Shown piece after piece: positions 39,011-51,374 of a DNA stretch of 64,000 nucleotides. Location: contig JAHRHZ010000004.1 in NCBI GenBank assembly GCA_024137785.1, forward strand, positions 24,349,432 to 24,413,431, given 5' to 3'. Below the pieces are notes generated by a model. That model was not told the DNA's origin. It ran no database searches and worked only from the letters and a program-made list of their open reading frames with translations. The stretch's first letter is position 1. Every line of letters starts with the position of its first letter. Both the position numbers and the translations under genes were made by a program. This DNA comes from Ginglymostoma cirratum (lineage: Eukaryota).

Positions 39011-39716
39011 GAGTCATCAGCTTGTCTAGTAGAAATGTGAAGAATGATGTCTATTCTGAAGTTTTCCTCATTTCCCTTCACGCAGTCTCCAATTGTTCAT
39101 TTTTGTTTAGCTGAGGTTGATAACTGATGTACGCTAATGGTGCTTGAGTGATTAAATCGGTGAATGGACTTGGTGGGGGGAGCGCTGTATTCAGGGAAGA
39201 AAACATGGAAACCATGAGCTGCCAACATAATTACGGACATTTTGTGACCATGCAGAGATATTTTAAAGTTGTGTAAATCACGCCTGTTGCACACATTGTG
39301 TCATCTGTGCCAGTCTGAGATATTAATTATACGATAATCTGGTAATATTTGTACAGTGCTTTGCCTTGGGAATTAAGTAGGTGACAGAGTATAACAGCAC
39401 AGCTTGTGTATGGTCTGTTGGACCTTTGTTGTTCTGTACTGTCCACTGTTTTTTGTCTATATCATTAAACATCATAAGTGTATCACTTACTGTAAGCAGG
39501 TCATGTCTTTAAAAGTATTGAAACAAACAGGTATCATGTGCTCAAATAGAACACAATGATATTGGCAGTGTGCCCAGGCAGAATAAGGATACGTTGCAGG
39601 GCAGTAGAGAGCTAGCTGCAGAAAGTGTTGGAGCTAGGCTGCCTTAGAGCTGGTACCAAACAATTTTAGGGATTGTTGTTTAGGAATGCTTGATGTTGGA
39701 CATTGTTGAAGTTACC

Positions 39717-40793
39717 TCTGAAATGTCCACTCTCTTCCTCAACCGAGGACTCCCCAGTTCTGTAGATGACAGGGCCCTCAGCTGGGTCTGACCCAACTCC
39801 TACGCTTCAGCCCTCATCCCTCTTCTCCCTGCCCATAACAATGATAGGGTCCCCCTTGTCCTCACCTACCATACAGAGGATCATCAGCCACCATTTACGA
39901 TTCCTCCAGCAGGATGCCACCACCAGACACATATTCCCTTCCCCTCCCTTGTCAGCCTTCAGAAAGGATTGTTCCCTTCGGGACAGCCTGGTCCACTCCT
40001 CTTTCACTCCCAACAGCCTCCCACACGTCCCGCAGCACCTTCCCCTGCAACTGCAGAAGGTGTAACACCTGTCCATTTACTTCCTCCCAGCTCAGTATCC
40101 AAAGTCCCAAAAATACCCTCCAGGCAAAGCAGTGCTTTACCTACACTTCACCCAATTTAGTCTACTGCATTCACTGCTCACAATGTGATCTCTGTACATT
40201 GGGGAAACAAAGCATAGACTGGATGACCACTTCACGGAATGCCTACGTTCTGTCTGCACAAAAGATCCTGAGCTTCCATTTGCCTGCCACTTCAACACAT
40301 CACCTTGTTACCTGGCCAACATCTCTGGCTTGCTGCACTGCTCCAGCAAAGTTTAGCACAATGTCAAAGAACAACATACCATATTCCATTTGGGAACTCT
40401 GCAGCCTTCTGGGCTCAATATTGAGTTCAACAGTTTTGGGGCATGAGCTTCTCCTGTGTCCTTACCCTAACCTCCACACACTAAGCCTTGTTATCACATG
40501 ATCTGTTATTACACACAACTCATTGTTATCCACTAACACTCCCCATTAAGAGCTATTCATCCTCCTAGCCTGACAGTTATCCAGTTCTTTGTCTGTCCAA
40601 CTGTTCTTCTCTTTCTTTGGGCTCTATCTCCATCTATCGTTTACTCCTCACACCCTCATGTCCCACCTTCACTTCTGCATAAAAATCAACATTTTTCTAT
40701 TTACCATCAGTTCTGAGGAAGAGTCAGAATGTTAACTTAATTTCTCTCCACAGATGCTGACAGACCTGCTGAGCTTTTCCAGCAATTTCTGAT
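39717..40793 (+). mobile_element. Penelope-like element 3' part (GIY-YIG endonuclease region)
   Basis: AFRKDCSLRDSLVHS, FPCNCRRCNTCP, FTYTSPNLVYCIHCSQC; TSD-like ttgaagttacc (39706-39716) / ttgaagtttcc (40794-40804). Confidence 0.9.
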
Positions 40794-41930
40794 TTGAAGT
40801 TTCCAAACTGGGTTTTCCTCACTCTGCAGGACGTTATGTATCTCTGTGCCAAATGTGTCTTGCTGGTCCAGATCCCACCGTCAGTGGTTCTGACTGGGCT
40901 CTCTGTCAGACACTTGATTGGCCACAGTTGGGAGTTGCCCAGATTACTTCCTACCAAGAGCCACTAACTAATCTGAGAGTGACAGTTCCTCATTGCTGTT
41001 ACCAGAAGAGTGGGTAGATGCCAGGAATGCATCCAATCAGAGGCTAAGAATTACTGAACAACCCAATACGCTCTGATTAAAGGTGGCATGGGGTTTGTAT
41101 GTAAGGTGGGTGCACTATAGGAAGGTCAGGGGCAAAAGTGAGGGAGGTGGCTTTCAGCAGGCACCTTACTCACCCCTTCCTGATGCCAGGCCCCTTGGTC
41201 AGGCATGGAGTGCCTGATGACGAAGACCCACTTCTGGGACGCTGTTGGCAAATCCAACGGGATTAGCTGAGTGGACTTCCAAAATTACGGGAAAACTATG
41301 CAGCTCTCATTTAGCCATTGCTGAATTGCACTGAGGTCAGGGTTACTGGGCATTAATTGGTTCATTACTGACCTAAAACATGCACCTTCCACTCTTCGAC
41401 TTAACCGTTAGAGAATTTGTGATTGCCAGGGAAATGTTGTGCAGCCTCTCCTGCGATTAAGTGGGCATAGCCCATTCTCAATTCGGCTGGCTTAAATTCC
41501 ACCAAGTCTCCAGTGGTAAAGAGCCTGCCTGATCCAATCACAGTCCAGCTTTGGACAACAGCGATCAGTGGAGTAGCCAGTGGAGGAGCAGTGGAAGGGA
41601 ATCTTGAATGCAACCAGAGCTAGCGTTGCTGCTAAACTGAAGGATTAAATTAGGAGGACAGGTTGCATAAGGTTTGTAATCTCTTGAGTTTGAAGGTTGA
41701 GGGACAATTTAATTGAGTTATTTAAAATGCTACTACAGTAAATGTGCTGAAACTATTTCTTCTGGTCAGAGGATCCAGGAATAAAGTAAAAGTCTTACAA
41801 TTGCAGCTCAGGCAGTCGGGCGTGAAATCAAGAAGCGATTTTACACAAGATGAGTGGTGGAAATCTAGAATTCTCTGACTGAAAATGCTGTAAATCCTGA
41901 GTATAAATTGAAATTTTCAGGACAGAGACC

Positions 41931-42153
41931 TGAAACAACTCAACTGAGGCCAATATCTGATCAGTGTGACACCCTTTGTTTAAGCATGGACAGTCCTTGA
42001 CACTAATCCAGCTCCCTCAGAGTGAACAGGATGTCTGAAACTCCTGTTCTTATCTGTCAGCCAGGACTCCCTAATTGGGGCTGTTCATCTGGTCCAGTCA
42101 GGGAACGCATATTCTAGGAGGTCCTCCTGGCTGACCTCGTTACAACCACTAAA
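41931..42153 (-). mobile_element. Solo-LTR-like element, second copy
   Basis: Reverse complement tagtggttgtaacgaggtcagccagg..gaatatgcgttccctga aligns to 15816-15869. Confidence 0.7.
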
Positions 42154-42216
42154 AGGACATTTATTTGAGAAGGGCATGAATGGATATTGACTAAAGACAA
42201 TTAAATGGAGTCAAGG

Positions 42217-42307
42217 ATAACACAGCATGGAGCTGGAGGACCACAGCAGGCCAGGCAGCATCAGAGGAGCAGGAAAGCTGACGTTTCAGATTGGGACCCT
42301 TCTTCAG
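42217..42307 (-). mobile_element. 91-bp Penelope-derived insert
   Basis: 14-bp TSD aaatggagtcaagg (42203-42216) / aaatgaagtcaagg (42308-42321). Confidence 0.85.
42280..42307 (-). ncRNA. Minimal type I hammerhead-ribozyme-like core
   Basis: CUGAAGA-A-GGGU-CCCA-AUCU-GAAA-C-GUC: intact core boxes, stem II with GU pairs, palindromic ACGU in place of stem III. Confidence 0.6.
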
Positions 42308-43276
42308 AAATGAAGTCAAGGTTGAAATTAGCCACGGTCTAGTTAAATGACAGAACAGGCACAAAGAGTCTACTGATTCCAAGTTCCATGAGTTTTGTTA
42401 GAACAAACAGGAGGACTAAAACAGAAAGTGCTCCATTCTTTAACACTAATACAGCTTGCCAGAGAGTCTTATGAATTGGATAAATGTTCACCTTGCCAAT
42501 TTACACATATCGCAGACCTTGGGGATGAATGAAGAATGGGTGGAGGAGGATATTAAATTAGGCCGTTGCAATTTGTCAAACCCGAAATTGCAATTTGACC
42601 GTAATTAGAAATTTAAAGGTTATGAGCAAATTCTTTGCGGTCTGCTTCTGGGCCGAGTCCTGACCTGTGAAATTGGCCGAAATCAAAGTGGTTGGAGATT
42701 GTTCAAATCACCACAGCTTCTGCGGCTGCCTGATAGTTTTCTCATTTCGGATACACTCAGTAATGAGGCAGCTGTGCTTAGATCAGTCCTTTTCAAACCC
42801 CTAGGCCCACATAATTTAAACAGAACAAAGCAATGAATGAAACAAAAACGTAAGTACAAGTAAAATCCGTTTGCCTGAACTTTCAGAACCAAATTGTCAA
42901 TCCCTAGGGACTACACATGGATCTTGAGTCTGCAGGATGGAGATTTCAGTTTAATAGAAAAGTTTGTGCATCGGAGAAATCTGTCTCACCTGTCTGAATA
43001 GCCTTTTCTCATCCTTAAGTATTTTTCTGTTTCTAAGATACATTTTGGGATGTTCTCTAATTTTAAAGCAGCTATATTCTCACAATTTGTTTTCTGTTCT
43101 TGCATCAGGCGCTGGTTTAGAATGTCAGGAGGGGTTATAGTTGGTTGCAAAATTGAGGGAACTTCACTCTACAATTGACATCCGCTATATTTAAACATGA
43201 GTATTTCACAGGGCAGCATGGAGGAAAGCATAACTAGCACCTAGTATATTAAATTTAGATTCACCACCTGCCACAA

Positions 43277-43617
43277 GCAGCATGGTGGCTCATTGTTTAG
43301 CACTGTGGCCTCACAGCGCCAGGAATCAGGGTTCAGTTCCACCCTTAGGCGACTGTCTGTGTGGAGTTTGCCAATTCTCTCCATGTCTGTGTGGATTCCG
43401 TCCAGGTGCCCTGATTTCCTCCCACAGTGCAAAGATGCGCAGTTTAGGTGGATTGGCCATGCTACATCGCCTATATTGTCCAGGGATGTGCAGGCTAAGT
43501 GGGAAATGCAGGGTGCCAGGCATAGGGTAAGGGGGTGGAATGGTCTTCAGAAGGTTAGTGTAGACTCAATGGGCCCAATGGTCTGCTTCCACAGTGTAGG
43601 GATTCTATGATGATTCT
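43277..43617 (+). mobile_element. HE1-type SINE
   Basis: tRNA-like head, core gtgtggagtttgccaattctctcc, tail gggattctatga. Confidence 0.92.
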
Positions 43618-44469
43618 TGAACCCCTAACCCCAGAACATTAGCCTAGAGTTGAGGATTGCCAGTCCAGTGATCACTCTTCTCTTTGAGGTTATACTAGCT
43701 GGGTAGATTGCTATTGCCCTGAGTCTCTTAAATTCCGATCTTACTCAAGGCTTTGATCACCCTCAGTAATCCTGTAAACTGTCCATTTACCTGATGATAT
43801 ACATAAAGTTGAACACGTTGCTCTAAAGCTCCTCTTTGAGTCTTAATCAAATGTTTCTCTCTGCTACGCTGATATCAGAGTAGCATTACCATTCACGTCA
43901 TCTTTCTTAATGTATCCGTTTCCCATTATTCTTCATGTTCCAACCAGGGACTATGAATTGTGACAAGAAATGTGAAATATTTAATTCCCAGCACAAATAT
44001 CCCTCCTCTTAATGAGTGTTGAATTTGTGGAGGGATCGATGCAACAGAGCATCTCTGTTGGCTATCTCATTAATGCCATCCATGACAAGGGGAGCAATAT
44101 TTAGATACAACAAAATGAATCAATACAGCACATTACAAGGAGGATTTTAAAAAAAAGTTCATAATTTCCAGATGGAGAGAACAAAATCTTAATGATTTTA
44201 AGTAAACTGCTCAATACATATTGTCACTAACAGATTGGAGAACTAGGCACCTGCAATTGTACTGAAAACTCTTAAAATAAAGTGATGAAGCAGCTCATTA
44301 AAACGCTGAAGAGTTTATACAGATAAGCAGGAGACTTGACTTAGACATTGTGCAAGGGACTGGAGGACAGATGTCGAACATTGACCATCTGAAGAGATAG
44401 TATCAGTAATGTGAAAACTGTTTATCCCAAAGCACAGGACAGACTACCAGACAGAGTAGCTAAGCCACC

Positions 44470-44770
44470 AGGAGGTAGGTTGTACCACAATGGTCATAAC
44501 ACTGGATAAATAATCTGAATGACAGGGGTTCACCTCGACTGCAGATTGTGGAATAGAGTTTAATTAATAAATCTGGAATTTGCAACTTGTGGCTGATTGT
44601 TATAAGAGATCTGGTTCAGTTGTGATATCCTTACTTGGCCTGGCCTATATATGACTACAAAACAATGTAGATGATTTCTAATTGCCCTCTGAAATGATTA
44701 TTCAGTTCAAGGGAAATCGACCACAAATGTTGGCCTTGTCAGTGATATGCACATTCCATGAAAGAAAAAG
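44470..44770 (+). mobile_element. Decayed tRNA-headed SINE (family of 60950-61300)
   Basis: aataaatctggaatt..atctggttca..tggcctatatatgact..tgccctctgaaatg..cagttcaaggg. Confidence 0.7.
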
Positions 44771-44782
44771 ATGAGTTGAAAA

Positions 44783-44878
44783 ATTCCCATGAGGAATAGG
44801 ATTGAAATCTACAGGGTAGTTATTGGGGCTATTCCCACTTGGAATAGGATTGAAATTTACAGGATAATTGTTAGGGCT
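44783..44878. repeat. 48-bp tandem duplication
   Basis: attccca..ggaataggattgaaat(c/t)tacagg..gggct twice. Confidence 0.85.
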
Positions 44879-45684
44879 GAGCTAATCAAGCAGCTCACAG
44901 AACAAATAGTGAAATGCTGGAAATCTGGACTAAGTGCTTATATTGCGCCGCACGGAGAGAAATAATGTTTCAGGTCAACAACATTTTGTCAAAACAGATC
45001 CATCGATTAACAGTTGTGAAGGGATGATGCCATCAGGAGACGGCCAGCAGCTGCAGGAATGGCCAGGCTACATTTGTTGTTGAGAATGAGGACACTTCAT
45101 GAGATTAAGCACAACGCACTACCACCACCTCCCAACCCAGGCTGAGGTCTGGGACAATGAGTCTTGTTGAATTGTTGACATGCAAATCTAGTTGATGTAG
45201 GATCAAGAACTCAATCAAGCCCTTAAGTAATCCTAATTATCGTCAGTTGGACATCCATTGTCTGACAATGAGCAACCAATCAACCTTAATGTGGCCTCTC
45301 CAACAATCACAGGGTGGAATCATTGTGCTAAATAGGCAGGACACTAGCCTCCAAACCTTTCCCTAATCTGCATCTAAAATTCGGCTTTTGATGTCAACAC
45401 AAAGAGAGAAAGAATGTAGGATAAGAAGAGTGGAGTTTAGGTGGAGTGAATGTTTAGTATTGGTGTCTTTAATGACAACAGGACAGGGTTATATCTTGTA
45501 TATTTACAGGTTTACTTGATTACTTTTGAGGATCAGGAAATATTTATCAAGAGTTATCTCTCAAAAGTTTAAATCTGTGAGGCAGATTGTACGTGGCATA
45601 TGGCTTCGATGCACTTTGTGATTTTCCATATATTAGTCTGCATAATATGAACCACAGAGAATTAGGTTCTTCTTGAGATGAATG

Positions 45685-46570
45685 TATAGTCATACAGTCG
45701 GAGAGCTGTACAGCATGGAAACAGACTCTTCGGTCCAACTTGTCCATGCCAACCAGATATCCTAAATTAATATAATCCCATTTGCCAGTATTGGGCTCAT
45801 ATCCCTCTAAACCCTTCCTATTCATATGCCCATCCAAATGCCTTTCAAATGTTGTAATTGTACCCAACTCCACCACTTCCTCTGGCAGCTGATTCCATGC
45901 ACACACCACCCTGTGTGAAAAAGTTACCCCTTACGCCCCATTTAAATCTTTCCCTTCTTACCTTAAACCTGTACCCTGAAGTTTTGGACTCCACTCCAAT
46001 GGGGGGAAAAAAAAACCTTGTCTATTCACGCTATCCATGTCCTTCATGATTTTATAAACCTTGATAAGGTCACCCCTAGCCTCCGACACTCTAGAGAAAA
46101 TAGTCTCATCCTATTCTGTCTCCATAAAACTGAAATCCTCCAATCCTGGCAGCATCCTTATAAATCTTTTCTGAACCCTTTCAAGTTTCACAACATCCAT
46201 CCTATAACAGGGAGACCAGAACTGAACGCAATATTCCAAAAGCGGCCTAACCACACTAGTCCCGCACAGCTGCAACATGACCTCCCAACTCCTATACTCA
46301 ATGCACTGACCAATAAAGGCAAGCGTATCAACCACCTTCTTCACTATCCTATCTACCTGTGACTCTACTTTTAGGAACTGTCAACCTGCACGCCAAGGTC
46401 TCTTTTTGTTTAGCAACACTCCCCAGGACCTTACCATTAAGGGCATAAGTCCTGCCCTGATTTGCCTTTCCAAAATGCAGCACCTCACATTTATCTAAAC
46501 TCCATCTGCCACTCCTTGGCCCATCAGCACATCTGATCAAAGTCCTGTTGTACTCTGAGGTAGTCTTGAA
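45685..46570 (-). mobile_element. CR1/HER1-type LINE 3' end
   Basis: AFIGQCIEYRSWEVML..RPLLEYCVQFWSPCYRMDVVKLERVQKRF. Confidence 0.93.
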
Positions 46571-46819
46571 GTTTATTTCCAACATTAACTATTTACACAG
46601 TCACAATATCGCAGACTTGATCATATAGCGTGGGTTCTGTGCTTACTGATGTTACAGTGCGTTACATGCACATAACTAACTGATGAAACACAGTACATTA
46701 ATTCCGTGACAGACAATGAGTCATGGCAAGGTGGTTAACTTAATACGCGAAGGTTGCATGCTGTGATGTCTTGTAACTTTCCTCAGGGATACTAGATGAT
46801 CCATGGATTTATGTACTGA

Positions 46820-47660
46820 AGATAAATTAATGTGATTAAAGAGACAGTGCTTGAAAAGTTAGCAGAATTGAGTATTGATAACTTCCTGGACCAAATGAGC
46901 TTCACCCCAGAGTGCTGAAACAAGGAGTAATAGAGACGATGGATGTATTGGTTGTTTTATCATATTATATATCATGAAAAGGCTTCTCCTAAGTTGAAAG
47001 TTGCAGATACAACCCCATTGTTTAAAAAGGGAGCAAGGTGTAGAATAGAAAACAACAGGCCTGTTAGCTTGATGCCAATTATAGGGAAAATGTTAAAATC
47101 TAGTATAAAGGATGTGATAGTGGAACATGCAGGAAAGAATGGCAAAATTGTGCAGAGTCACCCTGGATAAATGAAAGGGAAATCATGTTTGACAAACTTG
47201 TCAGAGGTTTCTGAGGATGCCACTGTGGCATAGACAAAGGTGAAACATCAGATGCAGTCAATTTGAATTTCCATGTGGCTTTTCATAAGATCCCACTCAA
47301 AGTCTAGTAAATAAAATTAGAGCATATGGGGCTAGTGGGAATATGAGTATGAATTGAAAATGGTCCATGAGTCACTTAAAAACTAACATGTAGGTGTAGC
47401 AAGCAATTAGTAAGGTACATTGGCATTAGTTCCAAGGGGATTTGAGTACAGAAGAAAAAGATGTCTTGCTGACAGCTTTGACAAAACCACACCTGGCGTA
47501 TTGACAGTTTGAGTGCCTTTATCTAAGGAAATATACATTTACCCTAGAGGGAGTTCAACAGAAATTCACTGAATTAAGCTCTGGGATGGTGCAGTTTTCT
47601 CATGAGTAGAGATTGAGGAAACAGTTTGTATTTCCTCGAGTTTTGAAGAATGAGAGCTGA
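46820..47660 (+). mobile_element. CR1-type LINE RT fragment
   Basis: TPLFKKGAR..NNRPVSLMPIIGKML; KGKSCLTNL. Confidence 0.85.
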
Positions 47661-50358
47661 TATGGGGACAAAAGATAAGATGTTACCCCCGACTGATGAT
47701 AGTAGAACGAGGATGGAGTATGGGAGGGAAGTACTATGTAGTGTGTTTCTCAAACATGGGAGCTGCTGGTGAAGATAAAACATTGCCCACAGGAGTAGCA
47801 CACGGGATTTAACGTAGCTGTTCGAAAATCTCAGTAAGTTCTTTCACGTTTAATGATCATGGATTTTCAGCACGGGCAGTGTGTTCCAGAAGGGTAGTGA
47901 GGAGAAGATATGTTGAACACCTCATTTCATGCAAATGCCTTGGAAGGGTGCGTTAGCATACTATGAACCATTGTTGGACAAAATGCATTGAGGAATATAC
48001 TAATAATGGCAGTCAATGTGTCAGCAATCATTACACTAGTGGTATCTTCAATTTACAGTACAAAAGGGAATCTGGTGAAGAAGCTGCCAGAATATAACCT
48101 TATCCTTGTGCATGGAAAATATCTGTGGTAATCTGGCAACACAGTTCAGGAGAAATTTCATGTTGAAGAAAGATTCTCTCGATTGTTGGAGTTGATCAAA
48201 TTGGCATATTTCACATGCCTTTATTACATAATCAATGTCCTTACTAATTCTGGGCTGATGCATTGATCCATGTACTAATCTCTTGGCTTCTTCTGTGTCC
48301 ATATAACCTTTATGTATATGGTCTAGCACGTGATATGTAGAGTTGTGGAATTACCACTCGTTTACCTTTGCAAATGATGGTCTTAGAGAGTGGTAATTCA
48401 TCGCTGAATGACTAAAATGAACATACTAGATCAGGGATCTGTTAGTTGTATTCAGGTCACTTGCCAATGGTAGTGATGGTCATCATCTAACATAGCTTGG
48501 TAGATCTGCTGTGCTGACTGTAGCCAACTTGTATGAAATCAGTGTTGATACTTACTTTTCGCAGATTCAATATCCGTTCTTGTGTCTAATTAAATATCGT
48601 TGCTCCTTAAAAGTGTTGGAAATTGGCTAAAAGCATTGGAGGTGGCAATTTGGGAATGTCACTTGCATTGTACTTCTATCTTGTACTCTCAGATCTTCAC
48701 AATTAATTATTGTGGTCGAGGAGATGTACTGGTGAGAGATTTTCAATACATCACTTCTAATTGTTTGTGGTTGGTATGAATAATGAATTTCTTGTCATAT
48801 TGGTGCTTGATGAAAACTATAGCAAGAGTGTTCCTCTCAGTATTGGAGTAGTTATAAAGCAGTTTTGGGATGCATCTATTTCCAACATGGTAATCTTTTA
48901 GGAATCATAATATTGAAGTACATACTCTGCTGATGACGGAGCATTTTTGAGGTTGGAAAATATGTAGGTGATCTTTCTGCTGTATGCATATATACATATA
49001 CTATAAATGGCGTATCTTTGCAGAGAAAATTTCAAATAAAAGAGACTCTGGTTGGAAACATATGGGTTAAAAATTCAAAGCAACGGAGACACCTTTGTAA
49101 CCTATCTTTAGTCTGCAGTGTAGGCAGCTACTGTACATCTTCTGTTTTGGTAGAATCAAATCTAATACCAGTTGTCGAGTACATTGAACTGAAGACATTG
49201 ATTTGTCTCATTCGATTTGACATTTTTTACAACTGAAAGCAAAACGCTGCTTCTTTTCTGCCGTCATCAACTGATGGCAGTTTGTCATGTTCTTCCAAGA
49301 ATGTGATATCGTCTGCAAAGCAGAGACAATCTATCAGCTTTTTGATGATACCTTCCATACGTTGTTGGAATATGTCCTGGCTGATCAATAATCTGATTGG
49401 TAATCTGAGGTAACAGTTTCAACCGACTAGTCTTCTAAAAGTCGTTAGTTTCTTTGGCTCAGGGGAAGATGTATAGACCAATACCCATTCTCTGCATTGA
49501 GCTTGGAAAAATATTAACCACCTGAGAACTTGGAATGAAGCTATTCCAGGGTAGGAGACTTATGTGAGCATCTCTATACAGCAACATTTAGATCACCTTG
49601 GATCTGCCATCTTTCTTTAAAGCGCATATATCCTCACCAATCAGTGTGTACTTGACTTTCCTTTTGATGTTGTTTTGTACAATGGAACCCAATTCCAGTT
49701 TGAGGTTTTCTTATATGTGCATGTTGCATTTAAAGGGAGGTTCATTGCTGCGTTGGATATCAACTTTCAAATGTAGCATTGCATCACCTTTAAAGTTGCC
49801 AATAGGATCAAGCTAATTTTAGGCCAAGGTTAGTCAACTGGTAAACAAGTGTGATGTTGACATCTGGATTAATCTGCGTTGCAAATGGTGGATTTATCAC
49901 CTCATGGACTGTGACACTATGTAGATTCATGCATTCTGGTTAATTTGTAATAGGTGGTTAACAATAGAACTGGCTTCAGGTGTCCATCTTGGATATCCAT
50001 ATTGATATTGAAGACTGATGCAAATGTATGTGGTGACAGATCTATTATAAACAGTTAGCATATCTTGTATGGATGGCATCATGCTGTACTAGTTTTCCTG
50101 AGCACTTCTGGAGATGCTTGTTTCACATGTTAGCCCAATGTCATCTTGTGGAACACAGATTGCAAACATCCTAAAATGCTGGACAAGATCTTGGTGGGTG
50201 ACAAGCCACATCAGATACAAAAGCTGGATGTCCTACTGACTTTTTTGATTGTTGCAAAAGTTGTACCAGAGTCGAGCACTTGTAAATGCTGCAGGTTTGC
50301 TACAATTGCATCAAATTTGTGTCCTCCTGCAAGCACAGCGTCAACAGTACATTCTTTG

Positions 50359-50490
50359 ATTTCTGATGAAGGGTCTAGGCCCGAAACATCAAGTTTTCCT
50401 GCTCCTATGATGCTGCTTGACCTGCTATGTTCATCCAGCCCCATGCTTGTTATCTCAGATTCTCCAGCATCTGCAGTACCTTTTATCTCT
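50359..50490 (+). mobile_element. 132-bp Penelope-derived insert in the Gypsy element
   Basis: Perfect 13-bp TSD agtacattctttg (50346-50358, 50491-50503). Confidence 0.9.
50363..50390 (+). ncRNA. Minimal hammerhead-ribozyme-like core
   Basis: CUGAUGA-A-GGG-UCUAGG-CCC-GAAA-C-AUC; differs from GAAACGUC of other copies by a CpG transition. Confidence 0.6.
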
Positions 50491-50946
50491 AGTACATTCT
50501 TTGGGTTTGCCCAAAAATGCCTTTCTGAAGGATTTGGTGGGTGTAGAGACAATGACCAGTTCTTTAAGACTTTCAGCTAAATTTGCTTTGGTGAAACCAC
50601 ATTCTGTACCTTTGAATTCTTGATTCTTTCCTCTGACAGTTATCAGTATGAGCTGAACTCAAGCCTGTATGTCTTGAAATTGACAGAAACTCGAAACTGA
50701 CCTTACAAAATCTGAAAAATTTTGTTAGGATCTTTACAGTTATTGTCAGAAATACCAGAGTATTTTATTCTTGTTTATAGTGCTCAAAATGCAACGTCAT
50801 TCTGTTAGGTATGTGTCGATCCAAAAAGGAAAGGTTAGTTCTTTTTTTTTGAATAATGGAAGTTCTTCTAGAATGTCAATGAATTGCAAGTTCATGGGGA
50901 GATACTAGTTTTCAATCTTTACTGTGTGGCTTTATGCTCTGTAAAA

Positions 50947-51200
50947 TGGGGAGGTAATAACTTAGTGGAGTAATCGCTAGACTCCTCATTATATTGTTAC
51001 CATCCAGAGATGCAGATAATGCTCTGGAACCTGATTATGAACCCTGTTTGTGGCAAATAGTGGAATTTTAATTCATTTAAAAACAAAGTCTGAAATTGAG
51101 AGTCTAATGATGATGATGAGCAATTGTCAGAAAGGCACATTAATTCACTAATATCTGTTAGGGGAAAGTAACTGCCATCCTTATATGGTCTGGGCCACTT
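50947..51200 (+). mobile_element. tRNA-headed SINE 5' part (family of 60950-61300)
   Basis: gggaggtaataacttagtgg..ttcactaatatc..gggaaagtaactgccatccttatatggtctgg. Confidence 0.7.
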
Positions 51201-51374
51201 CACCTTGGAGTTTGGACAGATTGATGGATGACGTTAAAGAAAAAGACCTCACACTGCCATGTGGCTATTACCTTTTCAGCCTTTAGTGTCCAGTTACTTC
51301 CCCTAACTAGCTGCTTTGATGTGCTTTGTGGTTTTCTCTCAATTAGTCCACATTACATAGTTATGGAATATTGG

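Larger units (their letters stand above)
41630..42385 (+). mobile_element. Old CR1-type 3' fragment hosting two inserts
   Basis: gaggacaggttgcataagg..cttgagtttgaaggttgagg..gtggaaatctagaattctc. Confidence 0.7.
47800..50900 (-). mobile_element. Decayed Ty3/Gypsy internal region (protease, RT, RNase H, integrase)
   Basis: VLDSGT (~50275), QDIFQQRMEGII..CLCFADDIT (~49380-49300), LEIDASQ (~48880), IHKGY..IKACEICQ integrase zinc region (~48320-48200); order PR-RT-RH-IN. Confidence 0.85.

Noticed and set aside
41000-41500. GC-richer segment resembling old DNA-transposon ends (also 45030-45390)
   Set aside because: Could not define TIRs or TSDs.
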